Below, piece after piece: positions 8,131-18,222 of a stretch of 23,872 bases of DNA. The position numbers and the translations under genes are program-made. How positions within the stretch are numbered: the first letter of the stretch is position 1; each line of letters opens with the position of its first letter. This stretch comes from an uncultured virus (IMG/VR IMGVR_UViG_2622736406_000002) (Duplodnaviria; Heunggongvirae; Uroviricota; Caudoviricetes), in the IMG/VR virus record IMGVR_UViG_2622736406_000002; one strand, written 5' to 3'. Below the pieces are notes generated by a model. It saw only the letters and a list, made by a program, of their open reading frames with translations. It did not search any database and was not told where the DNA came from.

Positions 8131-8767
8131 CGACGATGTTACGCCGCAGCTTTTTAAAGAGGAACTGATGGCAGGAAGCGGCAACATCACGGTCTGGATC
8201 AACAGTCCGGGCGGCGACTGTGTGGCGGCTGCCCAGATCTACAACATGCTGATGGACTACAAGGGAGACGTGACCGTGAAGATTGACGGCATTGCAGCAT
8301 CTGCCGCAAGCGTGATTGCTATGGCGGGCACACAGGTGCTGATCTCTCCGGTTGGAATGATGATGATCCATAACCCGGCCACCATTGCCTGGGGCGATAC
8401 CGCTGAAATGCGGAAGGCCATTGAAATGCTGGCAAGCGTGAAGGATTCCATCATCAATGCCTATGAGATCAAGACGGGACTTTCCCGTGCAAAGCTCTCC
8501 CATCTCATGGATGCGGAGACCTGGATGGATGCCCATAAGGCAGTGGAGTTTGGCTTTGCCGATGGGATTCTTGGAAGGACTGACCTGCCGGAGGATATGG
8601 AGCCGCCAGCAGTCACCATGCTGTATTCCAAAGCGGCTATGGTGAATTCCCTGATGGATAAAATCGCAGCCAAATGCAAGACCAATCCTAAGAAAACTGA
8701 AGATGTTAAACCCCAGGGCCGCAGCGTAGACAGTCTCTACGAGCGGCTTAATTTATTGAAGAATTAA
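8027..8767 (+). CDS. ClpP-like prohead maturation protease
   Basis: SD aaggagg before ATG 8027. INSPGG, IDGIAASAAS (catalytic Ser), MMIHNP (His), ETWMDA. Confidence 0.93.
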   Translation: MKKFWKWKNQAATETAPAERTLFLNGTIAEESWFDDDVTPQLFKEELMAGSGNITVWINSPGGDCVAAAQIYNMLMDYKGDVTVKIDGIAASAASVIAMAGTQVLISPVGMMMIHNPATIAWGDTAEMRKAIEMLASVKDSIINAYEIKTGLSRAKLSHLMDAETWMDAHKAVEFGFADGILGRTDLPEDMEPPAVTMLYSKAAMVNSLMDKIAAKCKTNPKKTEDVKPQGRSVDSLYERLNLLKN

Positions 8768-8781
8768 GGAGGATTTCGACA

Positions 8782-10389
8782 ATGACTATTTTAGAGCTTA
8801 GAGAAAAGAGAGCAAAGGCGTGGGAAGCGGCAAAGGCATTTTTAGATTCCCACAGAAACGACAAGGGTGTGCTGTCTGCTGAGGATGATGCCGCCTATAC
8901 CCGTATGGAGCAGGAAATCACTGACCTGGGCAAGGAAATCTCCCGTATGGAGCGCCGTGAGGCACTGGATGCCCAGTTAAACCTTCCGGTGAATCAGCCT
9001 TTGACTGGCAAGCCTTTAAATGGCAGGGAAACTACAAAGACCGGACGCGCTACGGATGAGTATCGCCAGAATTTCTGGAACATGATGCGTTCTAAGACTC
9101 CCATGCCTACTGTGATGAATGCCCTGCAGATCGGCACGGATTCTGAGGGCGGATATCTGGTGCCAGATGAGTATGAGCGCACCCTGGTGGAGGCACTGGA
9201 GGAAGAGAACGTGTTCCGTCAGCTGGCCAAGGTGATCCGCACCTCCAGCGGCGACAGAAAGATCCCNNNNNNNNNNNNNNNNNNNNNNNNNNNNNNNNNN
9301 NNNNNNNNNNNNNNNNNNNNNNNNNNNNNNNNNNNNNNNNNNNNNNNNNNNNNNNNNNNNNNNNNNNNNNNNNNNNNNNNNNNNNNNNNNNNNNNNNNNN
9401 NNNNNNNNNNNNNNNNNNNNNNNNNNNNNNNNNNNNNNNNNNNNNNNNNNNNNNNNNNNNNNNNNNNNNNNNNNNNNNNNNNNNNNNNNNNNNNNNNNNN
9501 NNNNNNNNNNNNNNNNNNNNNNNNNNNNNNNNNNNNNNNNNNNNNNNNNNNNNNNNNNNNNNNNNNNNNNNNNNNNNNNNNNNNNNNNNNNNNNNNNNNN
9601 NNNNNNNNNNNNNNNNNNNNNNNNNNNNNNNNNNNNNNNNNNNNNNNNNNNNNNNNNNNNNNNNNNNNNNNNNNNNNNNNNNNNNNNNNNNNNNNNNNNN
9701 NNNNNNNNNNNNNNNNNNNNNNNNNNNNNNNNNNNNNNNNNNNNNNNNNNNNNNNNNNNNNNNNNNNNNNNNNNNNNNNNNNNNNNNNNNNNNNNNNNNN
9801 NNNNNNNAATGACAGCGTCTTTGATCTGGAGGCATACATCTCCCGTGAGTTTGCCAGAAGGATTGGTGCCAAGGAGGAAGAGGCATTCTTTACCGGCGAC
9901 GGTTCCGGCAAGCCTCTGGGCGTGCTGGCGGCCACCGGCGGAGCGGAAACCGGGGTGACTGCGGCATCTGCTACGGCTATCACTGCCGATGAGCTGATTG
10001 ACCTATTCTACTCCCTGAAGGCACCTTACCGCAGAAACGCCGTGTGGGTGTTAAACGACTCCACCATCAAGGCCATCCGCAAGCTGAAGGACAATCAGGG
10101 CCAGTACCTGTGGCAGCCTTCCCTGACCGCCGGTGCGCCTGACCTGCTCCTTGGAAAGCCAGTGAGGACTTCTGCCTATATGCCTGCCATTGCGGCGGAT
10201 GCCAAGACCGTAGCCTTCGGTGATTTTTCCTACTACTGGATCGCAGACAGACAGGGACGTTCCTTCAAGCGCCTCAACGAGCTGTATGCGGCTACCGGTC
10301 AGGTGGGCTTCCTTGCCTCCCAGAGGGTAGACGGCAAGCTGGTGCTGCCGGAGGCCATCAAGGTGCTGGCACAGAAGTCTGCGGGCTAA
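8782..10389 (+). CDS. Major capsid protein, HK97 fold (gap inside)
   Basis: Coiled-coil delta-domain-like N-terminus, GGYLVPDE, NDSVFDLE, LKDNQGQYLWQ, FGDFSYY. Confidence 0.95.
   Translation: MTILELREKRAKAWEAAKAFLDSHRNDKGVLSAEDDAAYTRMEQEITDLGKEISRMERREALDAQLNLPVNQPLTGKPLNGRETTKTGRATDEYRQNFWNMMRSKTPMPTVMNALQIGTDSEGGYLVPDEYERTLVEALEEENVFRQLAKVIRTSSGDRKIXXXXXXXXXXXXXXXXXXXXXXXXXXXXXXXXXXXXXXXXXXXXXXXXXXXXXXXXXXXXXXXXXXXXXXXXXXXXXXXXXXXXXXXXXXXXXXXXXXXXXXXXXXXXXXXXXXXXXXXXXXXXXXXXXXXXXXXXXXXXXXXXXXXXXXXXXXXXXXXXXXXXXXXXXXXXXXXXXXXXXNDSVFDLEAYISREFARRIGAKEEEAFFTGDGSGKPLGVLAATGGAETGVTAASATAITADELIDLFYSLKAPYRRNAVWVLNDSTIKAIRKLKDNQGQYLWQPSLTAGAPDLLLGKPVRTSAYMPAIAADAKTVAFGDFSYYWIADRQGRSFKRLNELYAATGQVGFLASQRVDGKLVLPEAIKVLAQKSAG
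9267..9807. other. Assembly gap (Ns) inside the capsid gene
   Basis: Run of N, probably longer than the sequence actually missing. Confidence 1.
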
Positions 10390-10402
10390 TGATTTATAAA
10401 GT

Positions 10403-10434
10403 GGGCGGCATGGGAAACTGTGCCGCTCTTCATT
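10403..10434 (+). terminator. Hairpin after the capsid gene (weak terminator or mRNA stabiliser)
   Basis: 11-bp stem gggcggcatgg-gaaa-ctgtgccgctc followed by ttcatt. Confidence 0.55.
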
Positions 10435-10449
10435 CTGGAGGTGAGGATG

Positions 10450-10722
10450 ATGGTGACATTGGAAGAAATGAAGAATTATCTCCGGGTGGATTATGAGGAT
10501 GATGATGCTCTGATTGAAAATCTCATAGCTGCAGCAAAAAGACAGTGTAAAGACATTCTTCGCACAGATGATGATACCGATCTTGAACAGGCAGAGAATG
10601 GAAAAATCGCTGTCATGTTTACAGCGGCTTATCTGTACGAGCACCGGGAGGAAGCCGACCATCACGCTCTGAACCTGACGCTCCGGGCACTTCTGTTTGG
10701 AAGCCGGAAGGAGGGATTCTGA
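10450..10722 (+). CDS. Head-tail connector (gp6-like)
   Basis: SD ggaggtg. VTLEEMKNYLRVD..DDDALI and YLYEHRE; position after the capsid gene. Confidence 0.88.
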   Translation: MVTLEEMKNYLRVDYEDDDALIENLIAAAKRQCKDILRTDDDTDLEQAENGKIAVMFTAAYLYEHREEADHHALNLTLRALLFGSRKEGF

Positions 10723-11054
10723 TGGACATTGCTTTGCTGAATCAGAAGATTCTGGTGCAGAAAAACGAGGTTACGGTGGATGCCATTGGAAATCATCTGA
10801 ATGAGTGGGTGGATTTCTATTCCTGTTATGCCACCATCAGCGGGGAATCTCCAAACGAGAGTACCTCTGCCGGAACGGTGGTGGATAACACCAAGGCAGA
10901 CTTTACGGTAAGGTGGTGCAAAGCTGTGTCGGAGATTACGTCTGACGGATATCGGGTTGTGTATGCCGATGAGATTTACAACATCCTTGGCATTGATCAC
11001 CAGAATTACAAGAAGAAATCGGTGAAGCTCAAATGTCAGAAAGTGAGGCGGTGA
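10722..11054 (+). CDS. Head closure / head-tail adaptor
   Basis: DAIGNH...W, FTVRW, YNILGID pattern; synteny. Confidence 0.82.
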   Translation: MDIALLNQKILVQKNEVTVDAIGNHLNEWVDFYSCYATISGESPNESTSAGTVVDNTKADFTVRWCKAVSEITSDGYRVVYADEIYNILGIDHQNYKKKSVKLKCQKVRR

Positions 11055-11056
11055 GG

Positions 11057-11437
11057 ATGGGAAGAAATGTGCAGATCGGTGATCTGGCAGATGCCATTAT
11101 GGAGACGCTGGAGGATTATGCCGACCTTGCCGCTGAGGATGTAAAGCGGGCGGTCAGGGAGGCCGGGGATACAGTACGGGATGAGATTCGCTCCCACGCT
11201 CCCAAGGATACCGGGGATTACGCAAAAAGCTGGGCGGTAAAAAAGAGGAAGGAAACATCCAACAGCCTGACTCTGGTGGTGCATTCCAGGAACCGCTATC
11301 AGCTGGCGCATCTGCTGGAGTTTGGCCATGCCAAGCGTGGCGGAGGCCGTGTATCTGCTCAGCCCCATATCGCTGCTGCGGAAGCAAAAGGCATGGAGCA
11401 GCTGGAGGATGAGATCCGGAAAGCACTGGAGGGATGA
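11057..11437 (+). CDS. HK97 gp10-like tail completion protein
   Basis: APKDTGDYAKSW, HLLEFGH, AQPHI motifs. Confidence 0.85.
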   Translation: MGRNVQIGDLADAIMETLEDYADLAAEDVKRAVREAGDTVRDEIRSHAPKDTGDYAKSWAVKKRKETSNSLTLVVHSRNRYQLAHLLEFGHAKRGGGRVSAQPHIAAAEAKGMEQLEDEIRKALEG

Positions 11438-11438
11438 G

Positions 11439-11759
11439 ATGGAGAGACTGGTTTCGATCATAAAAGAGATGGGCATTCCCTATGCCTATGACCACTTTGC
11501 AGAAGGGGAAGCACCGGATCCGCCCTTCCTCTGTTATCTGCTTCCGGGAAGCGACAACTTTTCCGCAGACGGGAAGGTATACCACAGAATCAGCGAGGTG
11601 CGGCTGGAGCTGTACACGGACTTCAAAGACCTGTCTTCTGAGCAGCGGGTGGAGACGGTTTTGGATGCGGAGGGGATTTTTTACAACAAGACAGAAACCT
11701 GGATTGACAGTGAAAGGCTGTATGAGGTTCTGTACTCTTTTGAAATGGAGGGATTGTAA
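11439..11759 (+). CDS. Putative tail terminator protein
   Basis: SD ggaggg before ATG 11439. PPFLCY, DNFSADG; lies between the gp10-like and major tail genes. Confidence 0.7.
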   Translation: MERLVSIIKEMGIPYAYDHFAEGEAPDPPFLCYLLPGSDNFSADGKVYHRISEVRLELYTDFKDLSSEQRVETVLDAEGIFYNKTETWIDSERLYEVLYSFEMEGL

Positions 11760-12363
11760 TGGCGACGAAGAAAAATAAAGTGAAGTTTAACATTTGCAAC
11801 GTTCATTATGCGTTGATCACGGTGAGTGAGGAAGGGGAAGTGACCTTCGGGACACCGGTGGCTATGCCGGGCGCAGTTTCTCTTTCTCTGGAACCAAACG
11901 GTGGCCGTCCAACTTCTATGCGGACGGGTACGCCTACTACACGATTTCCAACAACATGGGCTATGAGGGGGATCTGGAGCTGGCGATGGTGCCTGAAAGC
12001 TTCCGTACCGATGTGCTGAATGAATCTCTGGATACCAACCAGGTACTGGTGGAGAATGCCAACGTGGAGACGGCCAACTTTGCCCTGCTCTTTGAGTTTG
12101 ATGGGGATGTGAAGAAAATCCGCCACGTGCTGTATAACTGCTCGGCGGCAAGACCCAACATTGAGTCTTCCACCAATGAGGAAGAGATCGAGGTGCAGAC
12201 GGAAACCCTGGCTCTTACGGCAGCGCCTTTGGCTAATGGCTATGTGAAAGCAAGAACCGGGGATTCGACCACGGATGAGGTTTATAACGGCTGGTATGGT
12301 GCTGTATATATGCCGACCACTGCCAGCACTTCAACGAGTGAAGCCGGAGGTGGTACTGCATGA
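11759..12363 (+). pseudogene. Major tail protein (phi13-like) with a 1-nt frameshift near 11903
   Basis: First frame reads ...[12 protein letters not shown]. The shifted frame continues [27 protein letters not shown]. Restoring one base (ggt g[a]g ccg) gives one ORF of about 200 aa. Confidence 0.85.
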
Positions 12364-12704
12364 GTATGAAGAGAAATATTGTAATTGACGGGCAGGAGGT
12401 CGCTTTCCGGGCCTCCGCCGCTATCCCGCGCATCTATCGGATGCGGTTTCATCGGGATATCTTTAAGGACTTAAAGGATCTGGAAAAAGGGATTGACAAG
12501 AATGATCCGGAAAATTCCAGTCTGGATCTGTTCTCACTGGAGATGTTTGAGAACATCGCCTATGTGATGGCAAAGCACGCAGACCCTTCCATCCCGGATA
12601 CGCCGGAGGAATGGCTGGACGGCTTTAACACCTTCTCCATCTATCAGGTGCTGCCTCAGATCATTGAGATGTGGGGACTGAACACCCAGACGGAGGTGCA
12701 GGCT
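12360..12704 (+). CDS. Tail assembly chaperone (3' end in gap)
   Basis: ATGA overlap with the tail gene. FRASAAIPRIYR...PEEWLDGF; position before the tape measure gene. Confidence 0.75.
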
Positions 12705-12988
12705 NNNNNNNNNNNNNNNNNNNNNNNNNNNNNNNNNNNNNNNNNNNNNNNNNNNNNNNNNNNNNNNNNNNNNNNNNNNNNNNNNNNNNNNNNNNNNNNN
12801 NNNNNNNNNNNNNNNNNNNNNNNNNNNNNNNNNNNNNNNNNNNNNNNNNNNNNNNNNNNNNNNNNNNNNNNNNNNNNNNNNNNNNNNNNNNNNNNNNNNN
12901 NNNNNNNNNNNNNNNNNNNNNNNNNNNNNNNNNNNNNNNNNNNNNNNNNNNNNNNNNNNNNNNNNNNNNNNNNNNNNNNNNNNNNNNN
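12705..12988. other. Assembly gap (Ns) that artificially fuses chaperone and tape measure
   Basis: Run of N. Confidence 1.
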
Positions 12989-12989
12989 A

Positions 12990-15245
12990 GAGATTGCGGA
13001 AGCAACCAAGGGTGCGGCCCTTATGGAGGCGGCTGACCAGTTGTCTGTTGTCGGGGATAAGATCCAGGACATTGGAGACAAAGCTGTGTCTGCTTATGCA
13101 GAGACGGAAAATGCGGTCACGAAGGTAAACGTTTACTTCGGAGAAACCGGGGCGGCGGCTGAGGCCAGCGCTGAGATTGTGAAGGACGTTTACGGCGCTG
13201 GCGTGGGCGACAGCATGGAGTCCGTGGCAGATGCTGTCATCATGGTAAAGAAAAACCTTGGGGAGCTTTCCGACACTGACCTGACCAACCTGACGCAGCA
13301 GGCACTGACGCTGGATGAGCTGTACGGCATCGACATGAATGAGACCCTGCGTGGTGTCAATGCCCTGATGAAGCAGTACGGCATGACAGCCCAGGAAGCG
13401 ATGGACTACATCGTCAAGGGTACACAGAACGGTCTGGATAAGACCAATGAGCTGGGGGATAATCTCTCCGAGTATTCCGGCAAGTTCGCTCAGGCAGGTT
13501 ATTCCGCATCCGAGTATTTCCAGCTTCTGCAGAACGGCCTGCAGGGCGGCGCTTACAACCTGGATAAGGTCAATGACGCCATTAATGAGGTGACCACCAG
13601 ACTGGCGGACGGCACCATCGCAGGTTCTATTGACCTGTATTCCCAGAAGACCCAGGGGCTGTTTCTGGCATGGCAGAACGGAGAAGCTACTCAGAAGCAG
13701 GTCATTGATTCCATTGTGGCGGATATCGCAAACTGTACCAGTGAGCAGCAGGCGTTAAACATGGCGGCAGAGGCCTTCGGAACCATGGCCGAGGATGGGA
13801 ACCTGAAATTCATCACTTCCCTGACTTCCGTGGGCGAGACCTATGACAGCGTGGCAGGCTCGGCACAGAATCTGTTTGACCAGACCGGGACTCCTATGCA
13901 GGAGATGGAAGCTAACACCAGAAAGCTGCAGCAGGCTTTGGTTCCTCTGGGAGAAAAGATCGTGGAGCTGGCTAATGTGGTGCTGCCGCCTCTGGTGGCG
14001 ATCATCACAGCGGTGAGCGAGGTCTTTGGGGTGCTGCCGGAACCGGTGCAGAATTTTGTGGTGATTTTGGGTGCACTTCTTGTGGCCTTTACCGCTCTGG
14101 TGCCGATTATCGCTGCTCTTGCGGTGTCCTTCGGTGCACTGAATATCTCCCTGCTTCCGATTATCGGTATCATTGCGGCAGTGGCTGCGGCGATTGCGGT
14201 GATCATCGCAGTGGTGAAAAACTGGGGAGCAATTACCGAATGGTTCGGACAGCTGTGGGAAACCGTATCCGCAAAGCTGATGGAGCTTTGGGACAAGGTG
14301 GTGGTCTTCTTTACCGAGACGATCCCTGCGGCTACTCAGAAATTTGTGGATTTCTTCTCTGCTATCCCCCAGTGGTGGAGTAACCTTTGGTCGCAGATTT
14401 CCGCATTTTTCGTCAATATCTGGAACAATATCAAAAATACAGCGTCGCAGATCTGGAACGCCATCAAGCAGACGGCGGTCAATGCGGCGAACGGGCTGAA
14501 GCAAGGTGTACAGAACGTCTTCTCGGCACTGTCCCAGTTCATTTCCCAGATCTGGAACACATTGAAGCAGACCGCCTCCAATATCTGGAACGGCATCAAA
14601 ACCACGGTGGTGAATATCGCCACAGGGCTGAAGGACGCTGCGGTGAATGCCTTTAAAAATCTGGTTTCCGGTATCCGATCTGCCCTGTCCGGCCTGACGT
14701 CTGTGATACAGAATGGCTTCTCCGGGGCGGTCTCTTTTATCACCAGTCTGCCGGGAAAAGCCCTGCAGTGGGGAAAGGATTTCATTCAGGGGCTGATCAA
14801 CGGGATTAAGAGCATGGTACAGTCTGTGATTGATACGGTATCCGGCATTGCCAGTAAGATTGCATCCTTTCTGCATTTCTCAGCGCCGGATGAAGGGCCT
14901 CTCTCTGATTATGAAAAGTGGATGCCGGACTTCATGAAAGGACTGGCAGGCGGAATTGAACGAAACCGTAAGCTGGTGGAGAATGCGGTGAAGGATGTAG
15001 CTTCGGATATGGTGATCACTCCGAAAGTGAATGCATCCGGGTATGGATATACAGATGGGCTAATGGCAGGCGGCAGCATGGCGGACATGATCTCCGGGAT
15101 TTCCTCTGCAATATCGGAGGCACTGAACGGCTTTGCCGGTCAGCAGGGCAATATCGTGATTCCGGTGTATGTGGGCGGTACGCTGTTGGATGAATTGGTA
15201 GTGACGGCCCAGGCAAGGCAGAACCTGCGGTCAGGGGGGAGGTAA
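12990..15245 (+). CDS. Tail tape measure protein (5' end in gap)
   Basis: Long Ala-rich helical ORF with a hydrophobic stretch, periodic Trp/Phe repeats and C-terminal FLHFSAPDEGPL. Confidence 0.92.
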   Translation, partial: EIAEATKGAALMEAADQLSVVGDKIQDIGDKAVSAYAETENAVTKVNVYFGETGAAAEASAEIVKDVYGAGVGDSMESVADAVIMVKKNLGELSDTDLTNLTQQALTLDELYGIDMNETLRGVNALMKQYGMTAQEAMDYIVKGTQNGLDKTNELGDNLSEYSGKFAQAGYSASEYFQLLQNGLQGGAYNLDKVNDAINEVTTRLADGTIAGSIDLYSQKTQGLFLAWQNGEATQKQVIDSIVADIANCTSEQQALNMAAEAFGTMAEDGNLKFITSLTSVGETYDSVAGSAQNLFDQTGTPMQEMEANTRKLQQALVPLGEKIVELANVVLPPLVAIITAVSEVFGVLPEPVQNFVVILGALLVAFTALVPIIAALAVSFGALNISLLPIIGIIAAVAAAIAVIIAVVKNWGAITEWFGQLWETVSAKLMELWDKVVVFFTETIPAATQKFVDFFSAIPQWWSNLWSQISAFFVNIWNNIKNTASQIWNAIKQTAVNAANGLKQGVQNVFSALSQFISQIWNTLKQTASNIWNGIKTTVVNIATGLKDAAVNAFKNLVSGIRSALSGLTSVIQNGFSGAVSFITSLPGKALQWGKDFIQGLINGIKSMVQSVIDTVSGIASKIASFLHFSAPDEGPLSDYEKWMPDFMKGLAGGIERNRKLVENAVKDVASDMVITPKVNASGYGYTDGLMAGGSMADMISGISSAISEALNGFAGQQGNIVIPVYVGGTLLDELVVTAQARQNLRSGGR
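14418..14591 (+). repeat. 11-aa periodic tape measure repeats
   Basis: atctggaac (IWN) recurs at 14418, 14451, 14550 and 14583, with spacings 33, 99 and 33 nt. Confidence 0.85.
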
Positions 15246-15248
15246 GGC

Positions 15249-15611
15249 ATGGCATTTATACGGTATTTAACATTTGACGGAACCGCTCTCCCTCTGCCGG
15301 ATTCTTATGAAGTGCAGATGAACGATGTGGAGGCGGACTCCGGCGGGGAAACGGAGGCTGGAACGGTGCAGAGGGATGTAGTGCGCCTTGGCGTGGTGAG
15401 CATTCCAGTGAGCTTCTCCGTCTCCGCAAAGTGGCTGCAGATCCTGACAGAGTTTAAGCAGAAGGAAAAGATTTCTGTGGGCTACTTTGATACGGAGACG
15501 CTGGCAGTAAAGACAGCGGAGATGTACGTGGAGGGCTTTAAGGTAGCCTTGGTGAAGGATACTTCCCGGAAAGGGCTTTGGACGGTGAGCTTTACACTGA
15601 GGGAATTTTAA
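15249..15611 (+). CDS. Putative distal tail/baseplate protein
   Basis: SD ggaggt; small beta-rich protein right after the tape measure gene. Confidence 0.65.
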   Translation: MAFIRYLTFDGTALPLPDSYEVQMNDVEADSGGETEAGTVQRDVVRLGVVSIPVSFSVSAKWLQILTEFKQKEKISVGYFDTETLAVKTAEMYVEGFKVALVKDTSRKGLWTVSFTLREF

Positions 15612-15628
15612 GAAGGGGGTGTTATCCT

Positions 15629-16579
15629 ATGTACCCGGTAAGTGAAGCGTTCCTGCAGGCGGTGCAGGGGAACACCCGGAAGTACTACTGGACGGGAAAG
15701 ATCACAACCGTGGCCGGTGTGGAGTATTCCTTCACACAGGAGGAAATCGTAAAAGGCAGCGGCTACATCACGGCTCAGTGCTGCGGCAATTCGGAGATTG
15801 AGCTTGGTGCGGTGTATGCGGCAGAGCTGGGAATCAGCCTGTTTCTGGATATTGATCGGTACACGCTGGAGGATGCGAAGGTTGAACTGGTCTACCATCT
15901 GCGGCTGGCAGACGGCAGCTATGAAGCAGTGCCCATGGGAATCTTTGAGGTGAGTGAAGCCAACCGAACTGCCCATGTGCTGGAACTGAAAGCCTATGAT
16001 TGCATGCTTCGGTTTGACCGGGATTTCAATGGATTTGAAACTATTGGCACGGCTTATGGGATGATGGCACTGTGCGGCACAGCCTGCGGAGTGGAACTGG
16101 CCCAGAGCCAGGAAGAGATTGAGGCGCTTCCCAATGGCTCGGAGTTGCTTTCCATCTACCCGGAGAATGATATTGAAACCTACCGGGATGTGCTGTACTT
16201 TACGGCCCAGGTGCTTGGAGGTTTTTTCTGCATCAACCGGGAGGGCAGGCTGGAGTTTCGCCAGTATGGAAATACCCCGGTTATGGAGATTATGCAGAAG
16301 CACCGGTTTTCCAGCAGCTTTTCTGATTTTGTGACCAGATACACGGCAGTCAGTTCTACCAACCTGCGGACGCAGACTTCTGAGTATTATGCTCTGGAAA
16401 CAGATAATGGGCTGACCATGAACCTTGGGACTAATCCCCTTCTGCAGTTCGGTCTGGAAGAGACAAGGGAGGAACTTTGCCGCAACATCCTCACCGCTTT
16501 ATCTGCGGTCAATTATGTGCCTTTTGATTCGGATACCATCGGGAACCCGGCGCTGGATCTGGGGGACGTGCTGACTTTT
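15629..16579 (+). CDS. Tail tip / minor structural protein, N-terminal part
   Basis: ATG 15629 (MYPVSEAF). IELGAVYAAEL, GNPALDLGD; synteny. Confidence 0.72.
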
Positions 16580-17058
16580 NNNNNNNNNNNNNNNNNNNNN
16601 NNNNNNNNNNNNNNNNNNNNNNNNNNNNNNNNNNNNNNNNNNNNNNNNNNNNNNNNNNNNNNNNNNNNNNNNNNNNNNNNNNNNNNNNNNNNNNNNNNNN
16701 NNNNNNNNNNNNNNNNNNNNNNNNNNNNNNNNNNNNNNNNNNNNNNNNNNNNNNNNNNNNNNNNNNNNNNNNNNNNNNNNNNNNNNNNNNNNNNNNNNNN
16801 NNNNNNNNNNNNNNNNNNNNNNNNNNNNNNNNNNNNNNNNNNNNNNNNNNNNNNNNNNNNNNNNNNNNNNNNNNNNNNNNNNNNNNNNNNNNNNNNNNNN
16901 NNNNNNNNNNNNNNNNNNNNNNNNNNNNNNNNNNNNNNNNNNNNNNNNNNNNNNNNNNNNNNNNNNNNNNNNNNNNNNNNNNNNNNNNNNNNNNNNNNNN
17001 NNNNNNNNNNNNNNNNNNNNNNNNNNNNNNNNNNNNNNNNNNNNNNNNNNNNNNNNNN
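16580..17058. other. Assembly gap (Ns)
   Basis: Run of N; may hide gene boundaries. Confidence 1.
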
Positions 17059-17059
17059 G

Positions 17060-17872
17060 AACAGCCTGCTCTATTCCATCACTTACGAAAATGACAGCGT
17101 CCGGATACGGAAGCTGCGGATCCCTGTCTTTTCCATCGGGCTGAACGAGCGGCTGGATGATTCCACCTATACCGTCCTGGAGGACGAAGTGCTGACACCG
17201 GAGACCTTTGAATTCCTCGGCAGCTATACGAAATATGGGGAGTTCATGGACGGGCAGGATGGGTACTGGTACGGTTTTTCCAATGAGGAAAACTCTTCGG
17301 GGGATGCCGTGATGCTCTGGATCAAAATCTCCAAGACAGACTATTCCTTTACCGAAGGCCAGTGGACACTGTCCAACGCGAAATTGATGGATGTGGGCAC
17401 CCGCGACCTTGATACCTTTGCGGAACGGAGTGTGAAATGCTGTGTCCGGGGCGGGTATCTGTATGTGCCGGCCTATGACAAGACGGGGATTTACAAGATC
17501 AATCTGGCCAACTCCACGGATGTGACACTGATTGAGTTTGGCTTTACATCCGAATGGACGCCTTTATGCCAAACCGGCTCCTGTGAACTGTATCTGACAC
17601 TTATTGGGGATCTGATCATCGGCGGGGACTTCCAGATCACAGCGGAGGATACGGTAGTCCACACCCAGGGGAGCGCAAGGCTTAATAATGCCGCTACTCC
17701 CCTGTTCCAGTACAAGAACTTTCTGGTCGGCTGGGGCGGCAGCTATGGGAATGAGTATCGGACGGCATATCTTCTGACACCGTACCTGGCGTCCATCAAT
17801 AACCTTCCGTCAGCGGTGGTAAAGACCGTGGACAAAACCATGAAGATCACCTACACGCTGACAGAGGAGTGA
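17060..17872 (+). CDS. Tail-associated / receptor-binding-like protein, C-terminal part (probably a different gene from 15629)
   Basis: Aromatic- and Gly-rich beta-type sequence ending LASINNLPSAVVKTVDKTMKITYTLTEE; last structural gene before lysis. Confidence 0.6.
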   Translation, partial: NSLLYSITYENDSVRIRKLRIPVFSIGLNERLDDSTYTVLEDEVLTPETFEFLGSYTKYGEFMDGQDGYWYGFSNEENSSGDAVMLWIKISKTDYSFTEGQWTLSNAKLMDVGTRDLDTFAERSVKCCVRGGYLYVPAYDKTGIYKINLANSTDVTLIEFGFTSEWTPLCQTGSCELYLTLIGDLIIGGDFQITAEDTVVHTQGSARLNNAATPLFQYKNFLVGWGGSYGNEYRTAYLLTPYLASINNLPSAVVKTVDKTMKITYTLTEE

Positions 17873-17898
17873 GTCCTGGAGTTAGCAGGTCATTTCGT

Positions 17899-18222
17899 TC
17901 AGGAGCGGTAGCCGTGGGGACTTTCCGCTACAAGGGAAAGTGCCTGGAGATCCCCGTTCAGGCTTTTTTGGAGTTTGCGGATGGATGCGGATTTGGCTGC
18001 AAGTTCCTTTTTAAGTTGTTCCCTCCGGCAGTCAGCCAGTTCCTCCCCCGTCATCTGCCGGATACAGATGGAACCTTCGTCATACTCTACTACGATGGTG
18101 CTGCCGATGGAAAAGCCAAGCTCTTCAAGCCATCTGCCCTCCATCTGGATCTTCGGGACCTGGGTATAGGAGCCGCCGGTGCAGCGGCTGGTGTATGCGA
18201 CTTTGATGTTTTTCTGTTTCAT
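17899..18222 (-). CDS. symE: SymE-family (AbrB-fold) toxin-like protein with C-terminal coiled coil
   Basis: PKIQMEGRWLEELGFSIGSTIVVEYDEGSICI matches the SymE core (PxIxLxGxWLxxxGFxxG). SD aaggagg on the minus strand. Confidence 0.8.
   Translation of the reverse strand: MKQKNIKVAYTSRCTGGSYTQVPKIQMEGRWLEELGFSIGSTIVVEYDEGSICIRQMTGEELADCRREQLKKELAAKSASIRKLQKSLNGDLQALSLVAESPHGYRS

Noticed and set aside
13755..14876. 373-aa minus-strand ORF
   Set aside because: Shadow of the tape measure gene.
12360..15245. 961-aa chaperone-tape measure fusion
   Set aside because: Joined only through Ns; these are two separate genes.
15578..17872. Single 764-aa tail protein
   Set aside because: Continuity depends on an unreliable gap; not supportable.
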